Origin: an uncultured Gammaproteobacteria bacterium
Lineage (GTDB): Bacteria > Pseudomonadota > Gammaproteobacteria > Xanthomonadales > SZUA-36
Length of the DNA: 64,000 nt
Direction: 5' to 3'
Assembly (NCBI GenBank): GCA_963727635.1
Contig: CAVSHP010000024.1
Span: 68,818-132,817 of the forward strand
The notes beneath the pieces are model-generated. The model saw only the letters and a program-made list of their open reading frames with translations. It was not told the DNA's origin and did no database searches. Of the stretch, positions 54,329 through 64,000 are shown one piece after another (positions within the stretch are counted from its first letter, which is position 1; every line of letters begins with the position of its first letter). A program made the position numbers and the translations under genes.

Positions 54329-55693
54329 TGCAACACCTCCTGCAGTTGGCCCAGCTCAAAATCGGAAACCGGTTGCAGGTCCGGGTCTTCGCGGTCATAG
54401 ACCAGTGCGCCATCGATATAAACGTGGTCGGCCTTGGCATAGACACTGAAAGGGTTACCGTTCCAGAGGACGACATCGGCCATTTTCCCCGCTTCCAGTG
54501 AACCGGTGTACTTATCGACCCCCAGCGACTTGGCGGCATTTGAGGTGATCCAGGCAATGGCGTGTTCCGGCGTAATGTTCATACCCACCCGGTTACCGCT
54601 GGCCATGGCCTTGGCGGCCTCCTGGTTCAAACGCTGAATACCTTCGGCGTCATCCGAGTGCACGATGGCGCAGCTACCCTTGGGCCGGTCCACGATTGCG
54701 ATGTTTTCCTGGATACCGTCATAGGCTTCCATCTTGAAGCCCCACCAGTCCGCCCACAAAGCGCCGCAGACCCCTTTTTCAGCCAGTGTGTCGGCGATCT
54801 TGTAGGCTTCCACGCCGTGGTGAAAGGTGCCGACCTTGTAATGGAACTCATCCGCCATGTCGAGGATGGTTATCATCTCGTCGGCGCGGTAGCAGTGCAT
54901 GTGAACGATGATCTCGCCTTTGAGCACACCGGCCAGGGTTTCCAGTCTCAGGTCGCGCTTGGGTGGCTTTGCATCATCTTTGTTCTCGGCGACTTTCTTC
55001 TCGTAGGCCGCCCAGTCATCGATGTACTGCTGTGCTTCGATCCACTGCGCGCGGTAAACGGCCATGTTGCCCATGCGGGTTGACGGGCATCTGCTTGCGT
55101 TCGCCATAGACGCGTTTGGGGTTTTCACCACAGGCCATTTTCAGACCATAGGGGGCGCCGGGAAACTTCATGCCCTGGTAGCTGGTGCTATAGACATTCT
55201 TCAGGGTTACGCCACGGCCGCCGATCAGGTTACCCGAGCCCGGCAGGACCTGCAGCGTGGTGATACCACCAGCGAGTGCGCGGGAAAACCCCGGATCCTG
55301 CGGCCAGATACTGTGTTCGGCCCAGACATTCGCGGTCGTCGGACTGGTCATTTCGTTACCGTCAGAAAGTGCTTTGACATTGGGGCTCGCGTACACGCCG
55401 AGGTGGGAATGAACATCGATAATGCCGGGTGTGACCCAGCGGCCCTTGGCGTCGATGGTGGTCACACCGGCGGGCGCCTCACCCTTGCCGACAAAGACAA
55501 TTTTGCCATCTGACAACAACAGGCTGGCGTCATCCAGACGCTCGCCGGTACCGGTCAGGATGGTGGCGTGGGTAATCAGCGTGGGTTTCGACGGCAGCGG
55601 CGCGTAGGTCGACGGATAGTCTTCGGCCCACGCACTGCCCACCGGTAACGTCAGCAGCGCTGGCAGCAAGGCCAACAGGGTTCTATAGCGCAT
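54325..55693 (-). CDS. Periplasmic amidohydrolase-family metallohydrolase (paralog 1), one frameshift ~55090
   Basis: Signal peptide MRYRTLLALLPALLTLPVGSAWA. GIIDVHSHLG metal-binding motif. The C-part (HMHCYRADE...) is in another frame. Confidence 0.7.
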
Positions 55694-55845
55694 CAGGTTT
55701 CCTTCAAAAGAGGTGTAAAGACAGGCATGTTAACAAACGACAGGAAACTTGCCTACGTGTAAAACACGGAAGTCAGCGGTATGCAGGAGTTATCTCCCGT
55801 ATGTTGGTGTAAATGGACGGCGCTTGCCGGTATCATCCACACGCA

Positions 55846-56520
55846 ATGAACACAAGCACGCAACAGCAGGCAGTCGCGTTGCCCGATGACCTCACGGGGT
55901 GGATCGAGTCAAGCCTGGCGTCCGGGTCAAATGTCCTTGCGACCTCGAACCAGGGTATCGTGCTGTTGTTCGAAGGCGACGGTCGGAAGCTGGTGATAAA
56001 GTCAGCCATGGGGCGCGGCCCGCTGCGCAAGGCGCGGCAGGCGACACTTGAACGCGAGTATGCGGCTTACAAGCGATTAGAAGGTGTCGAGGGTGTACCG
56101 GCCTGTTACGGATTGCTCGAAGGCCGTTACCTGGTGATGGAATTTATCGACGGCATACGTTACCGCAAGGCCGAGTGGCAGGACCGTGATCAATGGTTTG
56201 CACAACTGCTCGAGGTGATCCGTGCTTTTCATGCCCGCGGCGTCAGCCACGGCGATCTGAAATCCAAGAACAACATGATCGTGGGCAAGGATCAGAAGCC
56301 CTACATCATCGATTTTGGAACCACGTTCATACACCGGGACGGCTTTCATCCGCTGAATAATTATCTCTTTGAGTACGGCAAACGCCTGGACATCAACGCC
56401 TGGGTCAAACACAAGTATCACGGCCGCTACAAGAACGCTTCCGCAGAGGACCAGGCTTTGCTCAACTATTCAAAACTCGAATGGGTGGTCCGGAAACTGC
56501 GTGGCCGGCCGATGCACTAG
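55846..56520 (+). CDS. Protein-kinase-like fold protein (lipopolysaccharide/Kdo-kinase-like family, tentative)
   Basis: Internal start MNTSTQQQ. A catalytic-loop-like HGDLKSKNNMIV and IDFG (DFG-like) are present. Confidence 0.55.
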   Translation: MNTSTQQQAVALPDDLTGWIESSLASGSNVLATSNQGIVLLFEGDGRKLVIKSAMGRGPLRKARQATLEREYAAYKRLEGVEGVPACYGLLEGRYLVMEFIDGIRYRKAEWQDRDQWFAQLLEVIRAFHARGVSHGDLKSKNNMIVGKDQKPYIIDFGTTFIHRDGFHPLNNYLFEYGKRLDINAWVKHKYHGRYKNASAEDQALLNYSKLEWVVRKLRGRPMH

Positions 56521-56874
56521 CTTTAAATTCTAGCAATCTTGTATGAATTTTGGTGGTTTCGTTTGAGTCCGCACGCTCAACAGGCCGGGTGGTATTCACT
56601 GCCCAGGCTTATCCGGGCCTGCGGGCTTCCCTCAGCCAGGATTTCGCCTGATCGGGATCGCGCTGGCGGTACATCCCTGTACCGTCAGCACTCGATTTTC
56701 ATCCTGAAAATCACCCCGGGCGAAATCCCTGTCTTCGGCGGATAAATGGGCAGTGAATACCACCCGGCCTGCTGAGCTCTTCAGCTGAAAGGTGTGCACC
56801 TTCGTAAGTTCAGCTATTTCCCGATGTTGCCTGGCCCAGGTGTATACAACGTTGCTGGAATTGACATCTTGCCC

Positions 56875-57888
56875 TTACGGTGTTTTCCCGGCAGCCCCGA
56901 GGTTATTGCGACAATGGCTGGCAAGGATTTCAAGACCCTGCGCGATACTGATCTTCGGGGTGTAGGCCAGGTCCCGTTTGGCGGCCGAAATGTCAAACCA
57001 GTGCGCGGTGGACAGGTGTACCGCCGACCAGCGTGTCAGTGGCGGGTCCGACTTGATGCCAAACAGCTTCCAGCCGTTCTCGATGAGTGTTCCGGCCGCG
57101 ATTGCAAGCCGCGGGGAAATGGGCTGGATATCGACCGTGACACCTGCGGCCTTCAGCAGGCCACCGATGATGTAGCCCTGCGTCACCGGTTCGTCGTTGG
57201 AAATGAAATAGGTCTTTCCGCCAACCCGTTGTGGGTCACTGCCAAGTTTATCCATGGCCAGCAAATGGGCGCTCGCGGCGTTGTCGATGTAGACGGAATC
57301 GATCAGCTTGTCCGGTCCGGGCAGTTTCAGCTTGCCGTGTTTGGCGCGTTGCAGAAGATTGGGTAACAGGTGGTTGTCGCCTGGCCCCCAGATCAGGTGT
57401 GGGCGCAGCGAAACCGTGTGCAGTTCCGGGCCATTGGCGGCCATGACCATCTGTTCGGACAGGGCCTTGGTCTGCGGATAGGGTGAACTGTAGGTTTCGG
57501 GGTAGGGCAGTGACTCATCCCCGCCCTCGATATCACCGTCGTCATGCACGACACTCGGCGAACTGGTGAACACCAGCCTGTGTATGCCATTGTGGTGGCA
57601 GGCATCTAAAACGCTTTCCGTACCTTTGACGTTTGCTGTGTAAAAATCGTCATAATTCACCGACAAGCCGGCCTTGGCCGCCGTGTGGATGACGGCATCG
57701 ACACCCTGCGCCGTCGCGTTCAGCATTTTGGTATCGTTGATGTCGCCGCACACGACCTGTACGCCCAGTGATTCAAGTCCGGGAGCCGCGCTGCGCTGGT
57801 ATGCAATTACCTCGTCCCCACGGGCAAGCAGTTGCCGGCAGATTGCACTGCCGAGAAACCCGCCACCGCCGGTTACCAGGACCCTCAT
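56875..57888 (-). CDS. oleD: OleD: NAD(P)H-dependent reductase of the 3-beta-hydroxysteroid dehydrogenase family
   Basis: MRVLVTGGGGFLGSAICRQL Rossmann motif and YPQTK (YxxxK). Last gene of a FabH-like / alpha/beta-hydrolase / AMP-ligase / reductase array. Confidence 0.8.
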   Translation of the reverse strand: MRVLVTGGGGFLGSAICRQLLARGDEVIAYQRSAAPGLESLGVQVVCGDINDTKMLNATAQGVDAVIHTAAKAGLSVNYDDFYTANVKGTESVLDACHHNGIHRLVFTSSPSVVHDDGDIEGGDESLPYPETYSSPYPQTKALSEQMVMAANGPELHTVSLRPHLIWGPGDNHLLPNLLQRAKHGKLKLPGPDKLIDSVYIDNAASAHLLAMDKLGSDPQRVGGKTYFISNDEPVTQGYIIGGLLKAAGVTVDIQPISPRLAIAAGTLIENGWKLFGIKSDPPLTRWSAVHLSTAHWFDISAAKRDLAYTPKISIAQGLEILASHCRNNLGAAGKTP

Positions 57889-59571
57889 GCGAGTTGTTGT
57901 GCCGCCCAGGCGGCGAGCTTTTCCCGTCCGATCTTGGCATTGTGGCGGATATCGACGGGAAAGGATTTATGAAACAGGATCTGCCTGACCGATCTTGAAA
58001 CCGCGTGGTTCTGGCCGATCTGAAGCAGATCCGTCGAAATGCGGTGGCGGCGTGCCGCATCCGGATTGTGTAGCGGTTCCACGCACAGCACAGGGGTCTG
58101 CCGACCGGCGTCGCCGATACCGACCAGTGCAGTGCGTGACACTTCGGGGTGCACATTGAATATGGCTTCCACCTGGTCAGCGTACAGACACTCGTGTTCA
58201 TTGACCACCCGTTGGGATTTACGCCCGCAATACCACAAACGGCCGGCGGGATCGAAATAACCCACGTCGCCCATGCGGTGCCAGGTATTGCCCGCCTGCA
58301 TCGGAGATTTTGGCAAGCCGGGTCTGTTCCGGTTTTTGCCAGTAGCTGTCGGTGGTTGTCGGCCCGTGTACGACGATTTCACCGCTGATGCCGATCGGCA
58401 GTTCCACGCTGTCGGCAAAATATTCCACTTCTCGGTCACTGACCGCGATGATCCTGACCTTGTTCGGCGCGACAGGCCGGCCGACGCAGGTGCCTTCACC
58501 CGCGGCGGTACGTTGTTCGACTTCGGCGTTGAGTTCGGTGCCGGAAACACTGGCCACCGGCAGGCACTCGGTCGCACCATACGGTGTGTGAATATCGGCC
58601 CCTGCGGGAAGTGCTTTTTGCAGGCGGCGGATGGTGGCCACCGGCATCGCAGCGCCGGCAGAGATGACCCGGCGCAGAGTCGGCAGATGGATATCGTTGG
58701 ATTCGGTATAACGTCCGAGGACATTGAGCAATGCCGGAGAGCCGAAAAGATTGCTGACCTCAAAGCGTTCGATCGCCTGTATCAACAGACGCGGGTCGGC
58801 CTTGGCCGGTCTGGTCGGGTCCATGTACGGGACAACCGTGGTCATGCCCAATGCAGGGTCAAACAGCGCGAAAGGCGGGAAGGTCGGCAGATCGACTTCA
58901 CCCGGTCGTATGTTGAAAGCCGATTGCAGCATCCCGACCTGGGCTGTGAAGTGCCGGTGGCGGTAAACCACACCCTTTGGAATACCGGTACTGCCCGAGG
59001 TGAACAGGATGGCCGCCATTTCGTCGGCGCCGGTGTCGGCCAGCACTGCCCCCGAAGATTTCTCGCCGAGCTTGCGCAACTGCCTGGTGCTGAGACCGCC
59101 CCAACCAAGTTTCGCACCCGAGGTCACCAGTTTTGCAGCGGGCGCCCAGCCCAGCACAACACGTGCAATCTGGGCCCGGGTGACACCGATGAAGGCCTCC
59201 GGACGGGCGTCCGCGAGGCAGGATTTGAGCGGCTTGATACCGATACCCGGATCGATCAGCACCGGTACGGCGCCGGCCTTGAACAGGGCAAAAAACATCG
59301 CAAAGAAATCGAGACCGGGTGTCAGCATCAACGCGCTGCGTACACCACGTCCGATACCGTATTCGATCAGTCCGCGCGCATACTCGTCCGAAAGCTGGTT
59401 CAAAGCCGAATAGCTTGCCGATTCGTACACCACGCGACCGCCGTGCTTGCCAACCGGATAGTGAATCGCGAAATTTTCGCCCTGAAGCCCTGCCTGGCGG
59501 ATCAGCGCCGATGCGATATTACAGCTGTCGGCCCGCTCAGCCTGCGTGCTCATTTTTGTCCAGGAAATCAC
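57885..59571 (-). CDS. oleC: OleC: AMP-dependent synthetase (beta-lactone synthetase), one frameshift ~58290
   Basis: AMP-binding motif LFTSGSTGIPKGVVY. The C-terminal ~130 aa (WHRMGDVGYFDPAGRLWYCGRKSQRV...) are in frame 57885..58763. Confidence 0.8.
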
Positions 59572-60500
59572 GCACGGCCTGGGTCAGCAAGGGGCCGCCA
59601 TCCTCAAAAATATAGTGACCGCAATCGGGGTACTCGAGCACCTCTGCGTGCGGGAATATGCGTTTCCACTGCCTGAGAAAATGCAGGTCAAACACAAAGT
59701 CCTTCTCGCCCCAGGCAATCAGGCAGGGTTTGCCGGCGAATTCCGGCAGACGTGATTCGGTCCTCTGTACGATACCGTAACCGGGGTCATCGGGCCCGAG
59801 CGGGATATCCTGCACGAAGCGCAGTGTCGCGATGCGGTTGTCCCAGGAGTCGTAGGGACCGGTATAGGCCTTGCGGATTTCAGCGCTGACCGGCTTTTTG
59901 AACGCGACACGTGCGGCCATGCCGGAAAACGCATTCATACCCTGTACCAGCAGTGCGCCGATTTTCGTGTTGCGCACCAGCCAAAGCGCGGCGGGCAATT
60001 TCTTTTCCGCGGGCAACGGGAAACGCCGCGGTGTTGCCAATGACCATGTTGCCAATCTGCGCGGGACGCTCGGTGGCCCAGCCAAAGCCGATCATGCCGC
60101 CCCAGTCGTGCACGACCAGGTGCACCGGTGTCGCGGGACCGATATGCTCCATCAGCGCGCCGAGGTCGGATATCCTTCTGGATAGTGTGTACGTGTAGTG
60201 GTCGTCGCCGGGTTTGTCGGACAGTCCGCAACCGATGTGGTCGGGCACGATACAGCGGTAACGGTCGCGCAGTGCGAGCACCAGGTTGCGGTAGTAAAAC
60301 GACCAGGTCGGATTGCCATGCACCATCAACACGACCGGGGCGTCGCGCGGACCTTCGTCGAGGTAGTGCATGCGCAGACCGGCAATATCGAGCCAATGTG
60401 ACTCGAACGGGTAAAGATTTCCGGGTGGCTGGTACACGTGGCGTCGCGCGCTCAGTGGGCCGTACCCGGATGGCCGTTTTTGATCATTGTCACCAGACAA
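59537..60500 (-). CDS. oleB: OleB: alpha/beta-hydrolase (haloalkane-dehalogenase-like beta-lactone decarboxylase), one frameshift ~60010
   Basis: VVLMVHGNPTWSFYYRNLV and VHDWGGMIGFGWA (nucleophile Asp). The C-terminal part (EYPDCGHYIFEDG) is in a second frame. Confidence 0.8.
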
Positions 60501-61506
60501 TTTCTGCCATCGAGCAATTCAGGCCGGAACCGATGCCCAGCAACGCGATGCGGTCACCGCGTTTGATCCTGCCGAGAGCGACGGCCTTCGCCAGCGCGAT
60601 GGGCACCGCCGCCGGGCCGATATTGCCGAGTTCGGGGTAAATGCGGTGGATTTTTTCCGGGTCGAGGCCCAGCAGCTTCATCAGCGAATCCGTGTGCGCC
60701 TTGCTGACCTGGTGGATGATGAACTGGTCCAGTTCCTCCACCACCCAGCCAAGCTTTTCACGGGCGGCGGCGAAGGTCTTGGTGGCGAGTTTCAGACCTT
60801 CTGTCAGCAGCGTCCGTGTATCGGTCACCATGCGGTCCATCTGGCCATAACAAAGCCTGTTGAACTGGGTGGCTGCGCGGGTCACGCTACCGAGGTAGGA
60901 GTGACCGCGGGGCGCCAGTTCACGCCGGCACATGACCATGGCGGCGGCGCCCGAGCCCAGTGTCAGGGAGGCAAATTCCGCGCGGAACTGTGCTTCCTCG
61001 ACTTCCGGTTGCAGCAGGCGTTCGATCGTCGCTTCGGTGATGGGGCGGCTGGATTCGCCATCGACGATCAGCGCGTATTCGATCTCGCCGCGCTCGATCA
61101 TACGGGCGGCGACGTCCATACCGTTCAAAAACGCCAGGCAGGCGTTGCCGATATCAAAATTCAGACAGCGTTCGTGCAGACCAAGATTGCCATGCACCAG
61201 GCAGGCGGTGGAAGGTTCCAGGTAGTCCCGACAGACCGAGGTATTGATCAATACGCCGATTCTATCTTTATCAATTCCGGCCTCAGCAATGGCCTGTTCC
61301 GCGGCCATCGTGGCAGCGTCGGACGGTTGCGTTTCGTCATTCCAGAAGCGGCGGGACTTGATTCCGGACAATTCTTCGATCAGTCCGTTACGCAGTCCAA
61401 GGCGTTGTGTAGCCGGCCGGAGCCGATTCCCGATTTCGGCAGAAGACATTTCAATAGGCGCATCGACGGCGGCAAGTGATTGAATAACAACGTTTTTAAA
61501 TTGCAT
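60490..61506 (-). CDS. oleA: OleA: FabH-like thiolase (condensing enzyme)
   Basis: 338 aa. Active-site Cys in FDIGNACLAFLNG; the C-terminal His/Asn region is conserved. Confidence 0.8.
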   Translation of the reverse strand: MQFKNVVIQSLAAVDAPIEMSSAEIGNRLRPATQRLGLRNGLIEELSGIKSRRFWNDETQPSDAATMAAEQAIAEAGIDKDRIGVLINTSVCRDYLEPSTACLVHGNLGLHERCLNFDIGNACLAFLNGMDVAARMIERGEIEYALIVDGESSRPITEATIERLLQPEVEEAQFRAEFASLTLGSGAAAMVMCRRELAPRGHSYLGSVTRAATQFNRLCYGQMDRMVTDTRTLLTEGLKLATKTFAAAREKLGWVVEELDQFIIHQVSKAHTDSLMKLLGLDPEKIHRIYPELGNIGPAAVPIALAKAVALGRIKRGDRIALLGIGSGLNCSMAEIVW

Positions 61507-61695
61507 GGGTGTCCGGGTCAGAAAACTTGTGGGCCGTGGATATGGGCGTGAATTTTAAGCAACAGACATTGTAGCTTAAGGTTGGAGTTGAGGCTACACA
61601 GTACCTGTTCGGGCAACTATGTATTAGACTGATTCCATTATTGATTCAGGGAGTGGCCAATACCGTTGTTTGGGTAACGCGGCGGTCAGGGTTGA

Positions 61696-62442
61696 GTGGA
61701 TAAAAATACAACAAAAACCAATGGGCCTGACTTGTTCGGCCCGGTACATCTTCCATTGCGCACGCTTGAAAAACCGCGCGGAGACGAGGTGCATCTGTGG
61801 CACCTGGACCTGGGGAAATTATCCAACCCGCTGAACTCGAGCGAATCCGCGGATTCTGCCGGGCTTTCGGTATTTCAACAGCGCACTACCCGGCGATTTT
61901 ACCTGCGTCTGATCCTGGGCGCATACCTTGGTCTGCCGGGCAAGGATGTGCATATCATCCGCAGGGTAAAAGGCCGGCCCGAACTTGACGCCAGCCTGTC
62001 GAGCGGCGAGCTGAATTTCAGCGTGGCCCGTAGCGATGGTTGCTACCTGATCGGCGTCAACAGTGGTGCGACCATCGGCGTCGATATGGAAATGGCCGCG
62101 CGCCAGCCGGGTAAACCTATGTCCCTGGCCAGGCGTTATTTCAGCGAACACGAAATTGCCGCGCTTGCGGGCTATGATTCGGAGAACTTGCGCCGGGCAT
62201 TCATGCATACCTGGGCCTGCAAGGAAGCGATCGTAAAAGCCAGTGGCATGGGTATCGCGAACCAGTTGTGCCGTTTCAGCGTGGATGTCAACCCCGACAA
62301 TCCGCCCTCCGTGCTGGCAATGCCGGATGACGATCACAGGGCTTGGAAACTCGCATTTGCGAAGCCGGTGCCCGACGCCATAGCGGTGGTTGCGGCACGT
62401 CAGCGGACGATACGACTGGTGGGATACCGTCTTTTACAGTGA
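61696..62442 (+). CDS. 4'-phosphopantetheinyl transferase (Sfp/EntD-type)
   Basis: GVDMEMAARQ (GxD.E) and WACKEAIVKASG (W/KEA) motifs. Confidence 0.8.
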   Translation: MDKNTTKTNGPDLFGPVHLPLRTLEKPRGDEVHLWHLDLGKLSNPLNSSESADSAGLSVFQQRTTRRFYLRLILGAYLGLPGKDVHIIRRVKGRPELDASLSSGELNFSVARSDGCYLIGVNSGATIGVDMEMAARQPGKPMSLARRYFSEHEIAALAGYDSENLRRAFMHTWACKEAIVKASGMGIANQLCRFSVDVNPDNPPSVLAMPDDDHRAWKLAFAKPVPDAIAVVAARQRTIRLVGYRLLQ

Positions 62443-62597
62443 CAGCCGGCGATTGACCGGCCGGTGCGGCGTGCAAAGACACGCCCATGGATGGACTGTC
62501 ATTGAATCCTGCGCAATAAACACAACAATCTGTCTCCTGCTGCGATAGAATTGCGCCTTTCTGCCTGGCGCATCACTCGATCTCTTCCTGCATCAAA

Positions 62598-64000
62598 ATG
62601 AAAAAAATCTTGTACTTGTTGCTGTTGATGGCGGTTGGCTGCACCACCCAGGTTCAGCCCGAACTGCGTAAGGCCGTTGACCAGAAAATAGCGGTCGAGC
62701 GTTCGGCTGAACTGGACTGTCAAACACCCACGAGTCCGTTTTGCGCAGTGCAATCACCATTGATCTACCTCGGCAGTATCGACACCCTCAACAAGCAACA
62801 GCATGCGGCACTTCTGGATATCGGTGAAAATTCCCTCAGGGCGCGCCTGCACCTGATCAGGGCGGCCCGGCACAGCATTCAATTCCAGAATTTCCTCTTC
62901 CGCAGGGACCAGACCGGCGGCCTGATCATGCACGAACTGGCGCAGGCTGCGAAGCGCGGGGTAAAGGTGCGGATACTGTTCGACCAGTTGTTTACGGTGT
63001 CAGAACTGGACTATCTCGCCGGCATGGCGGTGGAACACCGGAATTTCGAAGTACGCCTGTACAACCCACTGTTCAACAAGGCAAAAACTGACAAGTACAC
63101 AATGTTTGGCGGTGTGACCTGTTGTTTTAAAAAGACCAACCAGCGCATGCACAGCAAGTTGCTGGTGGTCGATGATGTCGTCGGCATGACGGGTGGTCGC
63201 AATATCGCCGACCGCTATTTCGATTTCGACACCGATTATGATTTCAAGGACCGTGAAGTGCTGGTCTATGGGCAGGTGGCGGCGGAAATGCGCAAATCAT
63301 TCGACCGCTTCTGGAAAAGCAAAATGACCGCGGAAATCGGTCATCTGCGTGATGTTGCACCGCTGATCGCGGATGACGAGTCCTTGTCGCTGGCGGATTT
63401 CAAAGTCAATGAAAGGCTGGAGCCGGTGCTCAGGGATGTCGGGAACAGGCAGTTGATGTACGCGTTGTTCGTGGATACGGCTCACCCCGTCGATGCGATC
63501 AAGTATGTCTATGACCTGCCGCACGGAGCCACGCCTACCGATGATTTTCAGCAAAATATCACCGACGGCTTGTATGCAGAACTGGCGGCGGCCAAAAATT
63601 CGGTGATCATCCAGTCACCCTACCTGGTCCTGTCAAAACGTTCGCGCAAGTTGTTCAAGACCCTGCGCAAGGAACACCCGCAGATCAAGCTTGTGTTTTC
63701 CACCAACAGCCTGGCCGCAACCGATGCGTTTTCGGCCTACGCGTTCACCTACAAGCACAAAAAGCAATATATCAAGACGCTGGGTTTTGACGTTTACGAG
63801 TTTCGTCCCTACGCGCTTGATGCGGCCAAATTTTTCCCGCGTATGCCGCTACTGATCAAGGAAAAGAAACAGGGCGTCAACAGTGGCAAAATACCCGCGG
63901 TCGGTCCCAACCCCACGCTGGAAATGCCCGGGCCGAGGACGGGACTGCACGCCAAGTCATTTGTCATCGATGACTACGTTTCGATGGTGGGGTCGCATAA
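62598..64000 (+). CDS. Phospholipase D / cardiolipin-synthase-family lipoprotein (two HKD motifs), 3'-truncated by window end; absent from ORF track
   Basis: ATG at 62598 (MKKILYLLLLMAVGC lipobox). HSKLLVVDDVVGMTGGRN and HAKSFVIDDYVSMVGS HKD motifs. The reading frame stays open to 64000. Confidence 0.8.
   Translation, partial: MKKILYLLLLMAVGCTTQVQPELRKAVDQKIAVERSAELDCQTPTSPFCAVQSPLIYLGSIDTLNKQQHAALLDIGENSLRARLHLIRAARHSIQFQNFLFRRDQTGGLIMHELAQAAKRGVKVRILFDQLFTVSELDYLAGMAVEHRNFEVRLYNPLFNKAKTDKYTMFGGVTCCFKKTNQRMHSKLLVVDDVVGMTGGRNIADRYFDFDTDYDFKDREVLVYGQVAAEMRKSFDRFWKSKMTAEIGHLRDVAPLIADDESLSLADFKVNERLEPVLRDVGNRQLMYALFVDTAHPVDAIKYVYDLPHGATPTDDFQQNITDGLYAELAAAKNSVIIQSPYLVLSKRSRKLFKTLRKEHPQIKLVFSTNSLAATDAFSAYAFTYKHKKQYIKTLGFDVYEFRPYALDAAKFFPRMPLLIKEKKQGVNSGKIPAVGPNPTLEMPGPRTGLHAKSFVIDDYVSMVGSH

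Noticed and set aside
60487-61479. 330-aa plus-strand ORF (also 58273..59676, 467 aa; 45693..46466, 257 aa; 13629..14297, 222 aa)
   Set aside because: These are long antisense ORFs typical of GC-rich genes. They are opposite oleA, oleC, ftsY and the aldo/keto reductase, all of which have unambiguous family motifs.

Overview
This is a 64-kb chromosomal segment, roughly 55% GC, most consistent with a marine-type gammaproteobacterium. The evidence is the gene content: a mutY-yggX pair, ftsY divergent from rsmD, coaD, the yfhL ferredoxin, and an oleABCD olefin-biosynthesis cluster. Main contents, left to right:
- a partial fatty-acid-CoA ligase running off the window start (missed by the ORF track);
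- eda, several secreted hydrolases, an MscS channel, oxidoreductases, an OmpA lipoprotein, a divergent CsrA-like gene, a glutathione S-transferase and a flavin-containing monooxygenase;
- a permease plus short ABC ATPase pair, a DUF1254/DUF1214 lipoprotein, and hemerythrin-like and SPFH (band-7) proteins;
- a minus-strand tRNA cluster (tRNA-Asn and an atypical tRNA with anticodon CAG);
- a high-GC phosphoenolpyruvate (PEP) mutase family gene, a cytochrome b561-like protein, and a LuxR-type regulator whose 3' end carries a complete IS4-family insertion sequence (36666..37940);
- four direct repeats of the tRNA-Phe 3' half (37987, 39376, 41993, 44125), each followed by a conserved ~130-bp module. 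These bound three integrase-less islets (an IPTL-CTERM protein; two TerC genes; higBA plus a truncated DUF4440 gene), ending at an intact tRNA-Phe (44294..44369);
- housekeeping genes (yggX, mutY, ftsY, rsmD, coaD, yfhL, ggt), an M20 amidohydrolase, a CoA-transferase and two periplasmic amidohydrolases;
- oleDCBA on the minus strand, a phosphopantetheinyl transferase and a partial phospholipase D family lipoprotein.
Repeats: two 194-bp-class MITEs carry the IS4 terminal inverted repeats, one with nested inserts. A ~110-bp palindromic repeat family (3 copies) has a conserved core and copy-specific self-complementary arms. There is also a tandem ~75-bp direct repeat in a divergent promoter. At least 13 genes are broken by 1-bp frameshifts, including essential coaD, which I interpret mostly as consensus indel errors. 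I found no rRNA, CRISPR array or integrase. The supplied ORF track omits ORFs that run off either end of the window (1..1448 and 62598..64000).
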